From Ascidiella aspersa (Eukaryota), in assembly GCA_963924565.1 (NCBI GenBank), contig OZ004614.1, positions 12,028,001 through 12,092,000 on the forward strand: a stretch of 64,000 nt of DNA, written 5' to 3'. The notes under the pieces are model-generated. The model did no database searches. It saw only the letters and a program-made list of their open reading frames with translations, and was not told the origin of the DNA. Positions 56,391 through 64,000 of the stretch are shown one piece after another. Position numbers and translations under genes: made by a program. How positions within the stretch are numbered: the stretch's first letter is position 1; the number at the start of each line of letters is the position of its first letter.

Positions 56391-59219
56391 TTACAGATTC
56401 GAGGAATTTCCGCTCTGTGTACGGGTACACCATAAGCACAATCGTTCACACTTCGTCTTTTACCATTGACAGAAACGAAGGCAACCCTTAAAATTCCGTT
56501 TTAGGTAAGAAAGCAATCTCCAGCGGCATTGCATCTGTACATAACAATCCAGTAAACTTTCCTCAAACCGAAAACAACTACAGGATACAAAATATCCAAC
56601 TCACAAACATTAAACTGAAAAAATAATGCAGTTGTGCGTTAAACATTTCAGTTATTGTGGTATTCCATTTTTTACCTTTGACTACAACAACAACCCTTCA
56701 AGCAAAACAGCAAACATCGAAGGCCAAGAACCTTAAAACGTTAGGTGTGTATCGCACGGGTGACCTTCACGAGTAACTTTTCCCACGGGTGGTACCGGAA
56801 AAGCTTTAGGGCGAGGTTGGGTTTTAAGAAAAAACAACGAAACTACACGATTGGTACGACTTTTTTAATTCGACGAGAAACAGGGATAGACGAAACAATT
56901 TTGACCGCGACATTTCGCACGACATAGGTCGGCATTACACCAAGTAAAGGTGAGGGTCAAATGCCTAGCGACGAACCGTCGGTTCTGGGGTAAGTGGTCA
57001 TTTTTACTCGGTAGACAACGCTAACTGCAGCTGAAAAATTAAACAAAGTCATTCACCACCAAACCACAAGTTGCTAGCGAGTGAAAGTGGCATTTAAAAA
57101 AGAAAAGTTGCAGGTCAAGACTTGTAGATTGGCTTCTAAAGTGCAAGCTTCAATTAAAGAAAAGCCTTAACATGAAACGAGAAAGTCGCGCCTATTGTCA
57201 ACGGTGTTGTTGTTGAATAATGTATCGGCTTGATGAGTCAGACAAAGTGCACAGCTCTGCAAATCCTTTAGCCACCAGAACACGATTCGACAAATATAGT
57301 AAAATATAACAGCACACAACTGAAAATAAAACAAAAAACAAGCCGCAAAACAGAAATGCAAAAACACAATTCTCCGCAAATGCCTAAAGTTGTGGTCACA
57401 TTTTGACAGCAGCAATTATCAAAACCATTTTCAACATGGCAACCATTAAGTCGGTAAAAAGCACCAAAAGCCCCCCAAAACTGCCCTGCCGTTCTGAAGC
57501 GGCATCGGGCGCTTGTTTAGCCGAATGCCTGTGAAAACTTTAGCGAGACGCAAGACACTTGCGGATTCACGAACCTTGCGATCGCACCCGGCGAAACGGA
57601 AGCCGAGTGAAGCCGCTTCAAGGGGAACTTCCTAAAGGAACGCACGCGAGCCTGGTGCACAAAGCGAACGCCCTGATGCCTATACAAGCAACTCCCATCT
57701 AGCGTGGGCAAGCTTTGAAGGACGAAGGGCTACATCTCGCCTTGCCTAGCAATTTTCACACGGTAACACGTTCAACTAGATGGAAGTCGAGCTACAGCGA
57801 ACAAAAACGATGACGTCACATCATTGTTTTTTTGTCCCCCAATCAAAGGCCCCTAGGGGTGCAGCCTCATAACCTCTTATGCGCACCTACACACCACTTT
57901 ACGTAATATCTCAAATTTTGAAAGTTCTACGATGAACAATTTGCTATAAAGCTTCGGACAAAAAAACGGTTTTAAACATACCATAGCAAACCACAACAAC
58001 CAAAAAAGAATAAGAGAAAAAAACACGATATGTCCCGAAAATAAATTCGGACCACACGCCAGCTGTTCACAGACGTCTATTGGTTGCGTGATTTTTTTTG
58101 GCAAATTAACTTTATTCATATATCGACTTTTTATATACGAGCGTGTATTAAAATAGCTGAAGAAAGCTTTCAAAACGAATAATTTTCATAAAACATGTAG
58201 GAAATATGATTTTCTCCAGAAAATGAATGCAGTTGATATTGTCGTGTTTCCAGTGATTACGATTTATAAATTAACCACCCTGACAAATAAACGCCAATAT
58301 TAGTTTATCAACGTGGTGATATAAAAACAACCAATCGCTGTATATATATCGAAGAAAAGAAAAGGCGGAATTTTCGAAAACATGGCTCAATAGCGCTCCT
58401 AACGGATGAAAACATCTCGGACACCTGTGAGGAGAAAAGGGGTAAAAAATTCTGTGGTTTCTAATTAGATTCTAGGGCGTTTACATTTAAAAAAAATCAT
58501 ACAGAGTCACAACACACAACGAACACAAAGTGCGACACACACTTTTCACAAAAACCTAACCTCAGACGGCTGGCTTTGGTTAAGTGCGTTTTTAAAAGCG
58601 CCACATCAATAAAAATCGAGGGAGACGCATAAACAAGCAACGACGCGCGGACAAACCGACGTGACTCGTACGCGGCTCGACAAAGGCGAGCAACAACATG
58701 GTCTTCAAACGTCCAACACTTGAACAACCGATGCCGTCGACGAATAGTCAGGAAAAGGCTGGGCCTCGATCAGCTGCGAGCCAATCAATGAAGAGTCAAC
58801 GAACCGCGACACGTCAATCATCGGGACGGGAGGCGGACTTCGCCGGCAAGTCTGCATAGCGTCTGGCACCCATGGATATCAGGCCGATAAAACTCGGCTA
58901 AGCATGTACGTGCGTGCGTGTGAAGTGTGAGTGCGTTAGTTAGTTAGTTTGGTGCAAAGGGCAACTGGCGGCAATGGTAAGAGTTTTTATCTGAACTGTT
59001 TAAAGTACCACGCTGTTACGTTTTGACACTTCATTATCCAAGTTGGCCGTCTGTTCCGATTTGGTAAAACGTTTTACGCTTTGCTTCGACTTTTCTCGTA
59101 AAAGTGTAAGAGACAGAAAGTAAAGCAGTGCATCAAAATTATACATGTACAATAGGCATGTAATAAAATTGCCAAAAGATGCTAATTAAAAGAAAAGCCG
59201 TTATCAAATGTTTAAAAAG

Positions 59220-59574
59220 CAATGGTTCCCAATTTTTTTGCTGTCGTGACCCCCTTCCCAGTTTTCGAAAACCTACTCGACCCTCTACTCAGTTTGCAAT
59301 CATATAACATTTGACACAATATTTACATTTCTAGAAAGATTGTTTTTTACTGAATTGCTTAGGTGGGAAAAAAATTACAAAACGTGGTTCAAAACGTTTA
59401 ATTGTGACGACTTAACACAAATGGTCGACTAAAGCAAATGTGATTAACACAATTGTTAGACTGGAGGTTGTTCTTGCTTCTTCTAATGCTTAATTTTTAA
59501 TCTATATTTTTTAAACAAACAGTGCACGGCCATCCCCAGACTACCTCTTTCGATCCCCAGGTTGGGAACCACTG
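59220..59574. mobile_element. hAT MITE
   Basis: CAATGGTTCCCAA ... TTGGGAACCACTG termini; TSD degenerate. Confidence 0.75.
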
Positions 59575-62309
59575 GTTTTTAGCAATGGATTTATGTCAGC
59601 AAGAGATAAAGATTCTTGAACGTAGATATTGCAAACCACGCGCCAGGAAATGCAATGAGAACTCCCAAGCGCTTCGAAGCTGCTACAGTGAGGATAGATT
59701 CCTGGCAAAGTGACAAACCTTTCATGAGCTTATCACCGCATTATCATGGGAGCTATAGGGCAGTGCTTTTTTCCTCCTATATGTCGTTTTGCCAAACAGC
59801 TAGACGACATAAAGAATGGCTGTACATTGCCTTATTTTTGTCAAATCTTTTTTTGGCCCTTGACAATGCTCATGTTCTGTGCGCATTGTTCGCTCTTAGT
59901 CTAATTAAAACTTCATTTTTTTTGGTATTTTTATAGCAACTTGAATTCGAGCCTTATAACTCATTGGCCAACTAAATCAATCACCAAATTGCCCTTTATT
60001 GTTTTGCTATTGTGTTGGTGTTATGGTTAAAAAGTGACAAAAAGGAGCATTTTTATAGCGGCGTGTACAAAATATCGGGCATCATTTTCTAACCGTAATT
60101 GTTGTGAACCTTAATTTTAAACGAAATGCGTCTTGACAGAGCACAGCGGCAATGGTTTGCTTTCCTCTGCACTTGAAGTTGTACTAAACTTTAAAAAGGC
60201 GAAATTAATAAGCAGTAGAAAGAAAAGCGCAAAAGCAAATTACTTGGCGTGCCTAGACGCGGGAGTTGAACCAATGCCATCCACTTTCCACTTAACTCGA
60301 ATTGGAAAACTCCAAGGGCCCGCTCTCTAGAGGTGGAAGTCGATCTCACAGCTCGCCAAATGCGAGTCTCTGGACGTGTCTCAACGTGCTGCTATTCGCT
60401 TTCACAGGATTATTATTAATATATTGAAATCGGCTTCGTTTTGGCATATTAGGCCAATTGTTAACGTGGCCAATTCTAAATTTCAAGGGTTAACGACCAG
60501 AAAAATAAAGTCTTAAGAAATGATTTGTTCGCTTTGAGTTTTGTCTTGAAGGTACAGCAAAAAAAAAATCAATGGCGTTTCTAATACATCAATAAAGCCG
60601 AACAATAGGACCTTACACACTCAGCAAATTAAAAAAAGCAACGCACAAAAAAAAAAAAAAACTTTTTACAACCGCGTCAAGATTACAATTAAGAAATAAA
60701 AAATGACAATTAGGAAAATACACTGCAGAATAAAATGATTTGTTGTGAATTACTTTTTCACATTCACCTTAACCTGCAAACATCTCAAATCGTTTAAAAC
60801 AAACATGGTACAGGATGAGCTCCTATATGAAATATCATTCATTGGTAATTGAATAAATTGACGGACAAGTATCGCACGTCGGCAAATCCCAATCCAATTG
60901 CGGAACCGAAAAACATTCTCCTAATGCAAAATCAATGCGGATCGACCTTGGGATCAAAGTCTCTCGGTAAAAGTAATTCTTTATTGGGACAAATCGACTA
61001 ATGGTGGCACTTTAAACTGCTTTTATGTCTGCTTCGTTAAAAAACGAGAAAAAAAGCTGTCATTTGAAGCCCTGTCGTTTTATAAAGTTTGCGAAGTGTT
61101 TTTTCGAACAAACATTTTTGTGTGATTACCAAGACTGAAATGAGAACACCAAGAACGTCAGTAACACGAAAAAAATCCGTTTAAAAAACCCAAACTGTTA
61201 AATTATGTTAGATAAAGAACTGTTAACAAATGTTTAACATTTTTTGTTAAAAAACCTTTCGAACATTAAACCCAACTCTAAGCGCTTTCGGAAATTTTGT
61301 AAGCAGCCTACAGGGAATTCAACCGCTGAGGCAAGGGGAATGGAAAGTAAACAAATCTGATATCCGCATTCCGTTAACTCGCATGTTGACCCCGGATGCC
61401 GAAATGTGCATTCTCGGTCCCACCGGGCCACTTATAGCGTGAAATACAGCACGGACATCACATATGAATAACAACTTGCGATTGCCCAAGCTCCATTCGT
61501 ATATTCGACAGTTGTGGGAAAGTTTGTATGCGGCCATTTTTTATGATCATAACAAGTACGGTAAATAAAAACAGGAAACAGGTTTTATATTCTTCAATGC
61601 GTTTTTCTTGTTCAATGTTAAGACCAAAGTTATATTTGTTCCAGTGCTGGTAACCTTTTGTAGCTTACTGGCCATGGTTTGCTACACAAAGTTCGTTTTG
61701 ATACTGGCAAAAATTTTACGGAAATATATTGCAGTTAGGATGTTGCGTAAGCGATACTTATGATTTTAACAACGTTGAGCAGATTATAAATTACCTGCGA
61801 CTCTGTTTTACGATTTTATTTTTTTTCCGTGACCGACAACAACAGTTTTAACTTTTTTGTCTGATCAAATACCAACATTGCCGTAACTTTGCCGATCGTA
61901 ATGACCTTATGGTTAAACGTGACAAAAACGAAAATTGGTACATAACCGCAAAAATCAGAAAAAAACATGTTAATTTTACAATACTAAAATTCGCGGTTCT
62001 CCGATAAAACTCACGCAGAACAATACCAAATGACACCAATGCTTTGCAAAACCGATAAGGCCGTTACGTAAATTCAAAATTTTATTCCACCAAGCCGCGA
62101 GTGCGAACGCGGCGTTAATGCGTCACCCTTGGGAACAAGCGACTGGACGGCGAAGCAGCGAAAAAAAATGACGTCACACAAAAATCACGCCGATGATGAA
62201 TCAGCGTCGCTGCCGAGGGATGAGATTTTATCAGTCAATACACTCAACAATACCAGTGCCCAATGCCCACGCACGCGAGCCATGTGAGTGTGACATCTAG
62301 GAGCTAAGT

Positions 62310-62560
62310 CAGTGGTTCTAAAAGTGGGATCCGCGGAGCAATTGTTGGGTCGCGATATATTAGGAACTTTTATTATGCTTTACTTAAATCAACTGTTGGT
62401 TTTTATGTAGTATTCAACGTTGTTCCTTTCCAATATATTTTTCAGGTAAAAAAAGGTAAAATCTTTAAAAAAAATTGCAAGTTTTCCGCCACGTAATAGT
62501 TTTCAAAATAATTTTGGGGCCGCTGAGATAGGAAAGCACTCAAACCGCAGGATTCCGAAA
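62310..62560. mobile_element. hAT MITE remnant (right end eroded, boundary approximate)
   Basis: CAGTGGTTCTAAAAGTGGGATCCGCGG left end. Confidence 0.45.
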
Positions 62561-62858
62561 TCCGATCGAAACAAAAATCTTTTTTCAGGCCTAATTTAAG
62601 GCATTTTTCGACCTATACAAATAGCAGTCGCTAGTACAACCGCGCCATTGGACACAATAGAATGGTAAAAATCAGGCCATGCTAAGCGTCAAAGATAAAC
62701 GGGGCTTAGTGCTAGGAGTTACGCTAAGGTAACGGGGGTTTGGCCACGACCGGTTGAGGTCATTGAACGATTAAATTTTACATTCAGACATATAATACTG
62801 ACATTTCGTTAAACAGCCAAGCATCGTCGTATGGCCTTTTTTGCCAAAGCCTCTACGG

Positions 62859-63167
62859 CAGTGGTTCCCAAACTATTTTCGCTCGAGGCACACTAAAAAT
62901 ATCTGAAATATTTCGAGACACACTTTAACAGAACAACAATATAGTCATTTTACAATCGCCATGACAAACTATATGTAAAAGTCTCAATTTGAATTTTTTG
63001 TAATGCGTATAGTGGCTAGTGCGTATTCAAGTCTAAAATGCTTGCGCGTATGCCTATATTTGTAAAACAAATACTCTATTTTCCGAAATTACAAAAAGTT
63101 TTGCGGCGCACTTGACAATTTCTCGAGGCACACTAGTGTGCCGTGGCACACAGTTTGGGAATCACTG
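62859..63167. mobile_element. hAT MITE
   Basis: 15/16 TIR CAGTGGTTCCCAAACT; perfect TSD CTCTACGG; GGCACAC subterminal repeats. Confidence 0.92.
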
Positions 63168-63540
63168 CTCTACGGTATAGAAATCCAAATATGTTTTCTT
63201 TTTAATTTAAAACCCTGAAAAAACATTTGTTTAAAAATCATTTAACAAATACTATATTTGCTAATCGCGTAGAATTGTCGTATCCCTGATTTTAGGCCCC
63301 CAAAATGTGCAGAATCGTTGAATTGTGCATGCACTTCTAACCAATGCGGCAAACGCAAAATTCGCACTAAAATAACCAAGTTCCCGCATATTAGTCGAAC
63401 AAAAGTTGATATCTTTAGTCTTGACGTCAGCCCTTTTAGTATAAGTAATGCTTTCGTATGTAAGTAATGCGTGGGCATTCGGATGCTTTTTCATGAACTT
63501 ACAATACCACCATACGACGAGCCGCTGAGGCAACACTTAC

Positions 63541-63677
63541 GGGTCTATAGTCACCGAACGGCTGTGCGGGGGCGGGTAACTGCTGGTTTTCCGAATTACA
63601 GGGGGGACATGGGCATATGGCGATGCGCCACTCTTTCTTGGAAATCGTAAATCTTGTAGTGGTTTCGACTTGGTGTG
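63541..63677 (-). CDS. Orphan internal exon, probably from a long NAV isoform or an upstream gene beyond the window
   Basis: gatttcag acceptor, GTAAGT donor, GC-rich 137 nt with two open frames; one frame ends in phase 0, compatible with NAV exon 2. Confidence 0.5.
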
Positions 63678-64000
63678 CTGAAATCTTTAGTTAACATCAC
63701 GGAGAACAGAAAACACGCGATAAGGGTCGGTTTTCGCCGACTTTTAAAGAACAGAACACGACATTGTGGCAATATTTTACACCTTCTTTATTTTAGGTAG
63801 CCAAGAAACAGTCAAGGGCGCTCAAAGCGGGTGGCGAAATTTCGCGGTCAAAACGGCGTAAATAGCGTGGGGCTAAAGTGGCCTCTAAGTGCTCTCGGCA
63901 AACTAACGACGTTGGAGTCACCGAGACTTAAGCACCGGTACAATTAATTAGAAACGAAGCGATTCTGCTATCGCTCGCGCTAAAGCGTTAGGAAATTTGT

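Noticed and set aside
60244-60370. Possible minus-strand exon upstream of NAV
   Set aside because: Weak acceptor, and the phases do not connect to the neighbouring candidate exons.

Overview
AT-rich (roughly 35-40% GC by eye), intron-rich animal genomic DNA, not prokaryotic. An ascidian/tunicate origin is my inference from the compact introns, the gene content and the heavy TGACGTCA usage. Two multi-exon genes lie on the minus strand. (1) A complete Neuron navigator / UNC-53 orthologue, hand-assembled as 43 phase-consistent GT-AG exons from ATG 48597 to TGA 20751 (5526 nt, 1841 aa). It has an N-terminal CH domain, a Ser/Pro-rich middle, coiled coils and a C-terminal AAA+ domain, plus several candidate alternative first, cassette and terminal exons out to the right window edge. 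(2) The 5' part of an otopetrin (OTOP) proton-channel gene (about 10664 to 398, running off the left edge), with a GC-AG intron and a 30-nt microexon. Introns and intergenic DNA carry many non-autonomous hAT (Buster/Charlie-type) MITEs with 8-bp NNNTANNN target duplications. The strongest unexplained signal is the palindrome TGACGTCA: at least 26 exact copies in the window, 13 of them inside NAV coding exons in both stop-free frames.
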